The translations under genes and the position numbers were made by a program. The notes beneath the pieces are model-generated. The model saw only the letters and a list, made by a program, of their open reading frames with translations, ran no database searches and was not told where the DNA came from. Below are positions 8,929-18,876 of a stretch of DNA of 64,000 bases, piece by piece. Positions within the stretch are counted from its first letter, which is position 1, and the number at the start of each line of letters is the position of its first letter. The stretch covers positions 62,001 to 126,000 of IMG/VR virus record IMGVR_UViG_3300047157_000197; one strand, given 5' to 3'.

Positions 8929-11900
8929 ATGGCTATTATTAAAAAATTCGCACCCTTTCAGAACCTATCAAACTTTGAAGTATTTGAAAATGATACTTTA
9001 CCAAATTCTGAATACTTCAAAATCACAGAATTAAAAGAAACATTTACAGGTGGTAAAAATGGGTTTTTAATCGAAGGGTCTGAATATCTAAAAGAAACAT
9101 CAGAAGTAAAAATAGAAATTCTTGATGTTGATGGAAATCCAATATATTTTGAACCAGGTAAAGGTGCACCTGAATATTATGAAGGAAACTCTACTTTAGT
9201 TTCTATTCATGTATATGATGATACTCCAATTGGTATTGGTAAAATTACTATATTAGGAGAATTAAAAAACTTTATTGGCCAAGATGAGGTTTCAACACCA
9301 ATTCCTTTAGATTGGGATGGTATTTACAATGTTAAGTGGGAAAGAGAGATACAGGTAAATAAAAATATTGCAAACGAAACAATTGTAAGATTTTATAAAA
9401 GACCAACTGTAACCATATCAGAAATTGTAAAACCAATATTTAGTAAAACAATAAATGATACAACAGATACTGGTAATGTAAATGGATTCCCACTACAACC
9501 ACCATTGGGTCAAAATTTATCACAATGGAGAGCAGGAACAAATTATTTATTACAAAGAACTTCTGGTACATGGGATGCTGATGTTGATGAAAATGTTATA
9601 TCTATTCCATCACTAAATTATAATTCAACAATTATTGAAGTTTTAAACGATACGGATGTAATAGTTGATATACCCCACACCGATACAAATGGTAATGTTG
9701 CAAAGTTTTCATCAGAAGCATTTTCAGTATCATATCAAGATATAGAAAACGAAACAATAGGAGAAACTTCAATAACAGGTTCTTTTGCTAAGATAGATAT
9801 TAAACAATTAAAAACTTTTGTTGGTGATGTTGCCAGAGTTAAAATATTTAGAAAATCTAGAAATGCTGTTGGTGATTTTTCATTTGTTCAAGAAGCTAAA
9901 TTAGAATCACAAGAATTATTAAGAGATGTAACTACAACAACAGATACAGAAGTTTTTTATGGAAAACTAACAAATGATAATATTTCAAACTATTGGATTA
10001 CTTCAAATAATGACCATCCAATATCAGTAGATTCATCTGTATTATTTAAAGCAGTACATATTGATTATAATAACGATAGTGGAAGTGTTCAACAATTTAT
10101 AACATCTCGTTCACTAGAAATATCAAATGATGTAGAATATACATTAAATTTTAAAACTCTATTAAGTGGTTCAATAGATGATACAAATAAATCTGTAAGA
10201 GCATTTTTCAGCTCATCAGATTTTACACAAGATTTCCTAACAGTAAGTGGTTCGGCAATATATCAATCAAAACAAGATATATCTCAAAACATAATATCAA
10301 CAAATACTGGTAGTGCTAAATTGGTGTTTGAAGTTCAAGGTGATGATTGGTATATTTCAAATATATCTTTAAGAAACGCACAAGATACATCATTCTCACC
10401 AGATGAGTTTACTATTATACAAGATATACCAAGAAAAACAGCAACAGAAACATTTGATTTCAGATTTGAATTTTATGATGTAAATAATAATTTTATACCC
10501 GTCAATGTAGTTGCTACAAAAGAATTTGATGGTGGTAATGATTTTCCAACGAGTGGTAAATTATTCACCTTTGAATCAGATAGAAATGCATTTAGATTTT
10601 CAAGTGGTTCTATTGGAAATCCACCATTCCAACAAATACAATTTAAAACATCACAACAAAACTTAACAGGTTCAGTAACATTCGCATCTTCCGCATTTGA
10701 TGAAGATGGTAATTATATAGACCCAAGTTCTTATGGTGGTGATTATCCTGGTGGTTTAACGAGTATTACTCCCGCAGGTTCTATAATTACAATAGCAAAC
10801 TTTAGTGGTAGTGAAGATGATGTTGTAGTTGGTTCTATTATTTATACTGCATCTTTGGGTTCACTAGAAGAATTTGAAACAGTATATAGATTAGAAGATG
10901 GTGATAATGCACCTCAACTTATAGTAACTTCTAATGCAAATCAATTTATATACGAACCAACAACTCTTTCACCAAAACCAAGTGGACAAAGTATAACCGT
11001 AAGAGCACAGAGAAAAAACTTGGCTTCATTGATAACACCAATTGAAGTAAATAGTGGAAGTAATAGACCACCACTTAATTTTGTAGAAACTGTAAATGGT
11101 ATAGATACCTATACAATATCTGCAACAGATTTTTCAGAATCATTTTCAGCTAATTCTTTTGATGATGTAACTTATTCATTTACTGGTTCAGATGTTTTTG
11201 GAAATGAACAATCAGATGAAATAACTTTATCTAAAGTAATTAACTTTGATGCAGTTTCACTTGTACTTTCAAATGAATCAACATCTTTTCCAGCAAAATC
11301 AACTGGTGAAGTTTTAGGAAATTTAGTACCATCAAGTGGTTCGGTACAAATGTTCATTGGTTCTAATCAAATTACACACGATGATGAGTTGGGTGGTAGA
11401 ACTAAAAATACATTTAATATAACTTCATCTATTGGAGATAATGTAACACCAACAGATACAACACCAAATACCTCAAATTATTCTATATCAGCTTTTGAAA
11501 CAAGTAAAGATAGTGGTTCATTAACACTTACAATAGATTATTTAGCAGGAGATAATTCTACAACACAATCATTTGAAAAGATTGTATCTTATACAAAATC
11601 TAAAAAGGCAGTACCAACTGTTTTAACTAAAATATCTCCATCAACACAAACAATTAATTCAAGTTCAATAGGATATGATGCTCCACAAACAATGGAGGTG
11701 ATAGTACAAGAAGGTGGAGATGAATATACATTTGATACACAATCATTAAGTGGTGGTGGTGATGCACTTGCACAAAAATTTAACATTAATGGTTTATTTG
11801 TAGATTCTGGTTCAATCAGTAATTCAAATACAAAGACATTAACATTTGGTTCACTAACCTCATCTTTCAATAGTATAATAGGTTCTGCATCACTAGATTA

Positions 11901-14313
11901 TGTAGATTCAGAAGGAACATATGTAACTGGTAAAAAAGTAAGATTTGATTTAGCAGTATCTAAAATTGGTGTTGATGGTATAAATGGTGCAAGTGGTTCT
12001 AATGCAAGAGCAGTATCTTTATCTTCAACAAAATATGCAGTAGTATATGATGGTGATGGGGTTTTATTTCCAACATCACAACCATTTACATTAAGTGGTT
12101 CTGCACAAAACTTTTCAAATCCACAATTTCAATTTTTACAAAATGGAAGTGATATATCAGATGGATTTGGTTCAGTATCAGAATTGATAATACCAACTGA
12201 TACAGGTTCATTACCAACTGCAGGTGGAACAAATTTATATGAAGTAAGAGTTAGAGAAACAGGAGGAAGTTGGGATGATTTTAATGTACTTGATAATATC
12301 GATGTATTCGGAGTACAATCGGGTTCAGATGCATTTACAGTATTCTTAACAAATGAAGCTCATGTATTCTCTGCAACATCTGAATCAGTAGTAACAAGTG
12401 ATTTAGAAGATGGAGCATTTGAAGTAAGATTCTTTAGAGGAGCTGAACAATACAACTTTGGTACAACAGGTAAAACATATAGTATATCTGCAACTTCATC
12501 AAATATAGTATTAACACAATCTACAAACAGTAATCAAAGATTATTTACCCCATCATCAATAACTGCAGATAGTGGTAGTGCAACAATTGTAGTAACAGAT
12601 AACAATACAAGTCAAACATTTGATAAAAAATATTCATTTACATTATCCAAAGAAGGATTAGTTGGTGAAAGAGGTGCTGATGGGGCAAATGGAGCAACTG
12701 GTGTTGATGCTAAAGTGGTATCACTATCATCAACGAAATATGCAGTAGTATATGATGGAGATGGAACATTGTTCCCAACAGACCAAGATTTTAATTTATC
12801 TGGTTCTGCACAGAACTTTACAAACCCAGAATTTCAATTCTTAAGTGCGAGTGCAGTATTACACGATTTCGCATCAACATCAGAAGTTACTATTTCAAGT
12901 TCTGGTTATCCTGAAGCAGGAAATGCTACTTTATACGAAGTACGAGTTAGAGAAAATGGTGAATCGTATGATGGTGTATTTGATAACATTGATGTATTTG
13001 GTGTTCAATCAGGTTCAGATTCATTCACAACGTTTTTAACAAATGAAGCTCATGTATTTTCAGCAAACTCAGATGGAGTAGTAACATCTACATTATCAGA
13101 TGGTTCATTTGAAGTAAGATTCTTTAGAGGAGCAGACCAATATGATTTCGGTACAAGTGGTAAAACATATAGTGTTTCGGCTACATCATCAAGTATTGAA
13201 TTAATACAATCAACAAATAGTAATCAACGAAAATTCACACCAAGTTCTGTATCTGCAGATAGTGGAACTGCATCTATTATATTAACTGATAACAATACAG
13301 GACAAACTTTTCCAAAAACTTATACATTTACCAAATCTAAAAAAGGTGCACCTGTAACAACGATTGCAGCATCACCACAATCACAAACAATTACAAGTGG
13401 TAGTGGAGGTATAGGAACACCAACAGATATAACAATAACAGTAAATGAGGGTGGAAGTGATTATGGATATGATACTGGAGGAGCAATACCTGCAAATAAA
13501 TTTAGAATTACTGGTGTAACAAATGCTACAAATAATAATGATGGAACAATTTCACCAGATACTCCAACAAGTTCAACTCCAGTTGTTGGTGATGCTACTA
13601 TTAGTTACACCAATTCAGAGGGAACTGCATTTACAAGTAAAACAATTCCATTTGATGTAGGTGTTGCAGGATTAGGAGATACAGGTGCAGCAGGTTCAGC
13701 GGGTTCTGATTCTTTATCTATAAAATTAACTGCATCTCAATATGCTGTTTTATATAATGGAGAAGGAACTAAAACTGCAGTAGCAATTGTATTAACTGGT
13801 ACTCATCAAAACTTTAGTTCACCCCAATATAGATTTTTAGAAAATGGTACAGAAAGACAAGCATGGAGTACAACAAGTACATATACAATACCAAATTCAC
13901 AAGAAGCAGCTGCAAATACAACTGACCTTTGGAGAGTAGAAGTAAGAGAAGGTGGTAGTGGTACTTATGATGCATTTGATGAAGTAAATATTTATGGATT
14001 AAAACAAGGAACTGATGGTGACCAAGGAGACCCTGGTACTAATGGTGCAGATTCATATACTGTAATTTTAACAAATGAATCACATACACTTCCAACTACA
14101 AACACAGGTACAGTAACTTATACAGGTTCAGGTACATCAATTATTGTTTATAAAGGTTCGACTGAACTTAATAGTGTAACAAGTACACCATCTACAAATG
14201 AATTTAAAGTTACAGTTACATCAGATACTAATATAACAGTAGGTGCACAAACTGTAACTGGTAATCCAGCCGTATTTGCAGTTGCAAGTGCGTGTAATGC
14301 AAATGCTGGCTAA
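8929..14313 (+). CDS. Large tail fibre/baseplate-associated protein, N-terminal part
   Basis: 1794 aa, S/T-rich beta repeats, duplicated ~225-aa units, short collagen G-X-Y linkers; last repeat continues in +1 frame into 14276-16291. Confidence 0.75.
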   Translation: MAIIKKFAPFQNLSNFEVFENDTLPNSEYFKITELKETFTGGKNGFLIEGSEYLKETSEVKIEILDVDGNPIYFEPGKGAPEYYEGNSTLVSIHVYDDTPIGIGKITILGELKNFIGQDEVSTPIPLDWDGIYNVKWEREIQVNKNIANETIVRFYKRPTVTISEIVKPIFSKTINDTTDTGNVNGFPLQPPLGQNLSQWRAGTNYLLQRTSGTWDADVDENVISIPSLNYNSTIIEVLNDTDVIVDIPHTDTNGNVAKFSSEAFSVSYQDIENETIGETSITGSFAKIDIKQLKTFVGDVARVKIFRKSRNAVGDFSFVQEAKLESQELLRDVTTTTDTEVFYGKLTNDNISNYWITSNNDHPISVDSSVLFKAVHIDYNNDSGSVQQFITSRSLEISNDVEYTLNFKTLLSGSIDDTNKSVRAFFSSSDFTQDFLTVSGSAIYQSKQDISQNIISTNTGSAKLVFEVQGDDWYISNISLRNAQDTSFSPDEFTIIQDIPRKTATETFDFRFEFYDVNNNFIPVNVVATKEFDGGNDFPTSGKLFTFESDRNAFRFSSGSIGNPPFQQIQFKTSQQNLTGSVTFASSAFDEDGNYIDPSSYGGDYPGGLTSITPAGSIITIANFSGSEDDVVVGSIIYTASLGSLEEFETVYRLEDGDNAPQLIVTSNANQFIYEPTTLSPKPSGQSITVRAQRKNLASLITPIEVNSGSNRPPLNFVETVNGIDTYTISATDFSESFSANSFDDVTYSFTGSDVFGNEQSDEITLSKVINFDAVSLVLSNESTSFPAKSTGEVLGNLVPSSGSVQMFIGSNQITHDDELGGRTKNTFNITSSIGDNVTPTDTTPNTSNYSISAFETSKDSGSLTLTIDYLAGDNSTTQSFEKIVSYTKSKKAVPTVLTKISPSTQTINSSSIGYDAPQTMEVIVQEGGDEYTFDTQSLSGGGDALAQKFNINGLFVDSGSISNSNTKTLTFGSLTSSFNSIIGSASLDYVDSEGTYVTGKKVRFDLAVSKIGVDGINGASGSNARAVSLSSTKYAVVYDGDGVLFPTSQPFTLSGSAQNFSNPQFQFLQNGSDISDGFGSVSELIIPTDTGSLPTAGGTNLYEVRVRETGGSWDDFNVLDNIDVFGVQSGSDAFTVFLTNEAHVFSATSESVVTSDLEDGAFEVRFFRGAEQYNFGTTGKTYSISATSSNIVLTQSTNSNQRLFTPSSITADSGSATIVVTDNNTSQTFDKKYSFTLSKEGLVGERGADGANGATGVDAKVVSLSSTKYAVVYDGDGTLFPTDQDFNLSGSAQNFTNPEFQFLSASAVLHDFASTSEVTISSSGYPEAGNATLYEVRVRENGESYDGVFDNIDVFGVQSGSDSFTTFLTNEAHVFSANSDGVVTSTLSDGSFEVRFFRGADQYDFGTSGKTYSVSATSSSIELIQSTNSNQRKFTPSSVSADSGTASIILTDNNTGQTFPKTYTFTKSKKGAPVTTIAASPQSQTITSGSGGIGTPTDITITVNEGGSDYGYDTGGAIPANKFRITGVTNATNNNDGTISPDTPTSSTPVVGDATISYTNSEGTAFTSKTIPFDVGVAGLGDTGAAGSAGSDSLSIKLTASQYAVLYNGEGTKTAVAIVLTGTHQNFSSPQYRFLENGTERQAWSTTSTYTIPNSQEAAANTTDLWRVEVREGGSGTYDAFDEVNIYGLKQGTDGDQGDPGTNGADSYTVILTNESHTLPTTNTGTVTYTGSGTSIIVYKGSTELNSVTSTPSTNEFKVTVTSDTNITVGAQTVTGNPAVFAVASACNANAG

Positions 14314-16291
14314 TATTGTATTTAGTGTTAATATCGAAAATGAAGTAACTATTCCTAAAATACAAAGTTTTAGTAAATCAATAGAAGGTGCTGATGGAGA
14401 CCCAGGAGACCCAGGAGACCCAGGAGATAATGGAAGAAGAACTGCAACTGGTATGGTTCATTACAATGCTGCATCCTCTACTGCTCCAACTGGTCCTGAT
14501 GATGGTTCAACTACCTTTACATTTAGTACTGGTGTAATGAGTGGTATGAGAAATGGTTGGCAAATGGGAGCACCAACTTATGCATCTGGTAATAGTAACA
14601 AATATTGGTACGCAACTTTTAGTTCCTTAGAAGAAACAAGTTTAAATGGTACTGCACTTAATAGTAATAATGATTTTGGTTCAGTAACCCAAGCAATTGG
14701 ATTTAGTGGTTTGGTAACATTTACTGGAGGAAATTCTGAATCAATTGATAATGGTTCAGATTACTTAACATTTGGTACTGCAGGTACAACTAAAATTCAT
14801 GGAGATAATATTGCAACAGGTAAAATTATTTCAACAAATTATGTAACTGGTTCTGGTGATGGATTTACTGCAACTGGTTCATTATTTGATTTAGATGAAA
14901 GTACATTGGCAGCTCCAAAATTTAAGATAACAAAGAGTGGTGATGCAGTTTTTCAAGGAACAATTGATGGTGGAAATATAACAATAGGAACTGGAAGTTT
15001 TACAGTAAGTCCCGATGGAGCTGTGAATGCAACCAACGCAACCATACAAGGTAACGTTACTGCTACTGTTGGAACAATTGGTGGATTTGTAATAGGTACT
15101 AATTCATTAACAAATACAGCTGAAACAATACAACTTGTAAGTTCGGCTAATCCAGTTATTAAATTACAAAATAGTTCTAATGAAGATAAATTGGTTCTAA
15201 GTACCGCATCGGGTCTAACTCCTATTGGTACAACATTTACCACTCCTGCAATTGCAAATAATACAACTACTATAAATTCACAAACAACTCTAGCAACTGT
15301 TTCTGGAACAACTGGTGGTGCAACAAATACTAATACAAATCTTAGTAGTGGAACTGCTACAAGATTTCCAAACACTGGTACTTTGGATGCAGCTGCAGAT
15401 GGCCTTTCTGCATCAGGTACAATTACAGTAAATAACTGGACAGGTACCAATCAAGAAATTGCTAGAGTCACTATAACCATGGGGGCTGGTAATTATTTAA
15501 ATTATGCAGCTTTAACATATAGATATGGTATTCAAATATTTAAAAATGGTAGTACATTAATTCAAACAAAATCTACTCCAATAGAAACTGTAACATTTGG
15601 ACCTGGTTCGACTGAATTACAAACAGTACTAAAACATCCTGCTGGTGCTGAAGCCTTTGCATATTCATTTACAGCTGAAGGTGGTGCATATTATGAATTT
15701 AAAACATTTGTTGATTATTTAAATGTTTATGCTGACTTTAATCCAGACCTACTTTTGAATCGTAGTAATACCATTAAAATGAGACTTAATACTCCTAAAA
15801 TAACTGGTCAGGCTACTGCTAATTTAGCATCTGGTGGTAGTGTATCATTTGCAGAGATAAATCAAGGAGGACTTCAAGTAGTAACAACAGCTACTAAACT
15901 TGTAAGAAGTGATTTTAATAGTCTCGATGCATTTTCAGTAACAGGTTCACTTTCAGCAACTGGTAATATTACTGCATTCGCTTCTTCAGATAAAAGGTTA
16001 AAAGATAATATAGAACTTATACAAAATCCTCTTACTAAGGTAAATAAATTAAATGGTGTTACTTTTGATTGGAAAGATGGGTTTGATGATGTTCATGGTT
16101 TCAAAGGAAATGATATTGGGGTAATTGCACAAGATGTAGTACCTATAATACCAGAGATTACAAAATTAAATGAAATTAATGGTTACTATGGGGTAAAATA
16201 CGAAAAACTAACTCCTTTATTAATTGAAGCAGTAAAAGAACTTGCAAATAAAATTGAAAAATTAGAAAACAAATTAAAAGATAAAGAATAA
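14276..16291 (+). CDS. Tail fibre C-terminal part with peptidase S74 intramolecular chaperone
   Basis: GDPGDPGDP linker, SSDKRLKDNI autocleavage motif (~15986) and terminal coiled coil; probably continuous with 8929-14313. Confidence 0.8.
   Translation: MQLQVRVMQMLANIVFSVNIENEVTIPKIQSFSKSIEGADGDPGDPGDPGDNGRRTATGMVHYNAASSTAPTGPDDGSTTFTFSTGVMSGMRNGWQMGAPTYASGNSNKYWYATFSSLEETSLNGTALNSNNDFGSVTQAIGFSGLVTFTGGNSESIDNGSDYLTFGTAGTTKIHGDNIATGKIISTNYVTGSGDGFTATGSLFDLDESTLAAPKFKITKSGDAVFQGTIDGGNITIGTGSFTVSPDGAVNATNATIQGNVTATVGTIGGFVIGTNSLTNTAETIQLVSSANPVIKLQNSSNEDKLVLSTASGLTPIGTTFTTPAIANNTTTINSQTTLATVSGTTGGATNTNTNLSSGTATRFPNTGTLDAAADGLSASGTITVNNWTGTNQEIARVTITMGAGNYLNYAALTYRYGIQIFKNGSTLIQTKSTPIETVTFGPGSTELQTVLKHPAGAEAFAYSFTAEGGAYYEFKTFVDYLNVYADFNPDLLLNRSNTIKMRLNTPKITGQATANLASGGSVSFAEINQGGLQVVTTATKLVRSDFNSLDAFSVTGSLSATGNITAFASSDKRLKDNIELIQNPLTKVNKLNGVTFDWKDGFDDVHGFKGNDIGVIAQDVVPIIPEITKLNEINGYYGVKYEKLTPLLIEAVKELANKIEKLENKLKDKE
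14396..14428 (+). repeat. 9-bp tandem repeat (GGAGACCCA x3 + partial) encoding collagen-like GDP
   Basis: Seen directly. Confidence 0.85.
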
Positions 16292-18804
16292 TGGCATTAC
16301 CAGCATCAGGAGAAATATCAATGTCAATGATTAACCTAGAAATAGGGAATAGTGCAATTACTCAGATAGATTTTGAAGCAATTGCTCTTGAATATAATTT
16401 AGAAGGACCCAATTATAGTGATGGTGTAGCTGGTCTTTCATTGGGCGAATTATATGGATTAAATCCTGCAGCTGGAGATTTTATTTTTTCTGATGCATAT
16501 GGAATACCAAGTAACACAGGTTGGACTATCTATAATTATGGAGCTATTGATTTAAGCCCAACACCAGATGAAGGTACCAATAATACTATTGATGGTCTTA
16601 ATCCATTCACTTGGCGTAGCACAACATATACAAAAGTATTTAGTCCTATTACACGAACGGCAACTGTTGTTGTTGATATTCCCCAATATGATACTTTAAA
16701 TCAAGGATATAATAACTATCCAGGAACAGTAAGTGGTACAATTTCCACAATACAACCAGCGTATAATTTAACAACTGCTGATGTATCTACACAACTTACT
16801 AGTGTACGTTCTCAAACGGGAGAGGTTATTTGGTATGCAGGTAATGATTCAAATGGACCAGGTTCAGTAACTCAAAATTTTACGAAATCAAGTCCAAATA
16901 TAACAACAAATTTACCCGCGGGACAGGTAGGAATATCCGCAACAAATTATGGCATATTATCAACAACAGATAGTGTCCAATCAAGAACAGTAAATTTTTC
17001 AATAGGAGTTCCATCAGGTGCACCAGATGGTGTGAGTGGAAATGAATATGGAAACGTAGGAAGTACTCTTACAAAACCATCTGCTACGGTATCTCAATAT
17101 TCATCTGCTTCAATAGAAGTTGGACTTCAATCAAATGGTAATGTAATCGAGACTGCAGCTGGATTAGGTTCTATGACTTTTGAGTACAATGAATTTGGTT
17201 GGAGTAATAAAAAAAAATTAGATGTAGATATTCTTACCGGCTATAGTCCAAGTACTATGACTTGGGGGATTGCAATATCTGAAGGTAATGTTTCCAACGA
17301 TGGTACGGGTGGAGGTGGACCAGGACCTGGTACGTTTAAAGTTGCTACAGCAGACGCAAACCCTCAGTCGATGTTTTTGTCAGGAACTGGTCCAGTTGCT
17401 TACTACAATTCTAATATTTATGCACACCCAACTACGGAAAATACAACTAGTGCTCAAATTCAACATTACCTTATGTGTACAACAAATAATAATGGTGATT
17501 CACCTGGTGGAATATTTTACATCAATGTAAATCAAAATCCTAATATCACATTTAATACATCTCCCGTATCTAATACTACTATTACACTTGCTAATACGGC
17601 TGATAATTCTAATGTAATACTTGAAACTCCATTAGGATATCAAGCAGAAATTACAGGTAGTGGATTTAGTGTATATGATGGTGATAATGTTCAATCAGCT
17701 ACACCTGGTAATGAAATTACAGGAAATGTATCAGCTCCATCTAATACATTTACAGTTAATGCAACTGCAAATACAGGACCTGCAAGAAGTGGAACATTTA
17801 ATTTATGGGCAACATCATATGATTATCTTATTAAAACATTTATTATTCAACAAGCAGCAGGTCCTCTTAATGAAAAATTATATACGAATATTGGTGGTAG
17901 TTGGTCTCCACTTTTGTTTAGTACGTTCCCATACACAATTCAACAATCAGCAACTAGTCCATTTGCATTCCCAATAACCTCTTTTGGATTTGCACTCAAA
18001 ACAGATTATGTAGAATCATATTCTGTTAGTATAGATAGTGATGATTATTTAGATATTGGATTAACTAGTACAGGTGGTAGTACATCTCTTAGCAACATTG
18101 ATTCACAAACAACTACTCCAAGTTCAGAACAATTTTTTGTAAGTATTGGTGATAGTGGTGGACAATATTCTAATACTGTATTTAGAGAAACAGTAATAAG
18201 TGTTACCTTTGGGTTTGAAACCCATGTAGCATTCTCTCCTCTTACAATAAGATTACAAGGAAGTGGAACAAGTACACCACCTTCACCACCAGGTCCTGGT
18301 GACCCTGGAGTTCCAGATGGGCCATGTTTAATCTATGGAACTCAAGTTTCAATGATAGATGGAACTACAAAAGAAATACAAAACTTAGTAATCGGTGATA
18401 TTGTTAAAAGTATAAACATCGATACAATGCCTGATGGTGAAAGTGAATCACTAAATTGGAGTTCAGATACATTATCATATACATCAGCACAATCTGAGGT
18501 AGTAGGTACTACTGAATATAGTGTTGATACGATATATTCTTTCAACGCAGGATTAATAGAAGCATCAACGGAACATAATCACTTTATAAAAAGAAACAAT
18601 ACACATATGTTCTTGAGTTCTAATAATATTCAAGTAGGAGATTACTTCTTAAATGATGAAAATGTATTTGTAGAAATAACTTCAATAGAACAAAATTCTG
18701 ATTCAAATAACTTTGTTTATAAGATAGATGTTGAATCAAAAGATTTATTCTTTGCAAATGGAATAGTTACTCACAATGCTAAAGGAGGTGCACCTCCAGG
18801 ATAA
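16291..18804 (+). CDS. Tail-fibre-associated/adhesin-like protein with C-terminal Hint domain
   Basis: N-terminal MALPASGEIS...LYG module typical of genes after S74 fibres; Pro-rich linker; Hint 18325-18777 (CLIYGTQV.MIDG...STEH...VYKIDVE...FFANGIVTHN). Confidence 0.75.
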   Translation: MALPASGEISMSMINLEIGNSAITQIDFEAIALEYNLEGPNYSDGVAGLSLGELYGLNPAAGDFIFSDAYGIPSNTGWTIYNYGAIDLSPTPDEGTNNTIDGLNPFTWRSTTYTKVFSPITRTATVVVDIPQYDTLNQGYNNYPGTVSGTISTIQPAYNLTTADVSTQLTSVRSQTGEVIWYAGNDSNGPGSVTQNFTKSSPNITTNLPAGQVGISATNYGILSTTDSVQSRTVNFSIGVPSGAPDGVSGNEYGNVGSTLTKPSATVSQYSSASIEVGLQSNGNVIETAAGLGSMTFEYNEFGWSNKKKLDVDILTGYSPSTMTWGIAISEGNVSNDGTGGGGPGPGTFKVATADANPQSMFLSGTGPVAYYNSNIYAHPTTENTTSAQIQHYLMCTTNNNGDSPGGIFYINVNQNPNITFNTSPVSNTTITLANTADNSNVILETPLGYQAEITGSGFSVYDGDNVQSATPGNEITGNVSAPSNTFTVNATANTGPARSGTFNLWATSYDYLIKTFIIQQAAGPLNEKLYTNIGGSWSPLLFSTFPYTIQQSATSPFAFPITSFGFALKTDYVESYSVSIDSDDYLDIGLTSTGGSTSLSNIDSQTTTPSSEQFFVSIGDSGGQYSNTVFRETVISVTFGFETHVAFSPLTIRLQGSGTSTPPSPPGPGDPGVPDGPCLIYGTQVSMIDGTTKEIQNLVIGDIVKSINIDTMPDGESESLNWSSDTLSYTSAQSEVVGTTEYSVDTIYSFNAGLIEASTEHNHFIKRNNTHMFLSSNNIQVGDYFLNDENVFVEITSIEQNSDSNNFVYKIDVESKDLFFANGIVTHNAKGGAPPG

Positions 18805-18824
18805 CCCATAAAAATACAAATAAA

Positions 18825-18856
18825 TTAGGATATATGAAATAATTTTCGTATATTTA
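18825..18856 (+). promoter_or_regulatory. Bacteroidota-type sigma70 promoter, second copy
   Basis: TTAGGATAT...ATTTTCGTATATTTACA matches 3394-3426, same 20-nt spacer. Confidence 0.6.
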
Positions 18857-18876
18857 CACAAGTAAAGTTATAAAAA

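Noticed and set aside
18325-18777. Classical splicing intein
   Set aside because: +1 residue is Ala, C-extein is only 8 aa, no homing endonuclease; treated as a cleavage-type Hint domain
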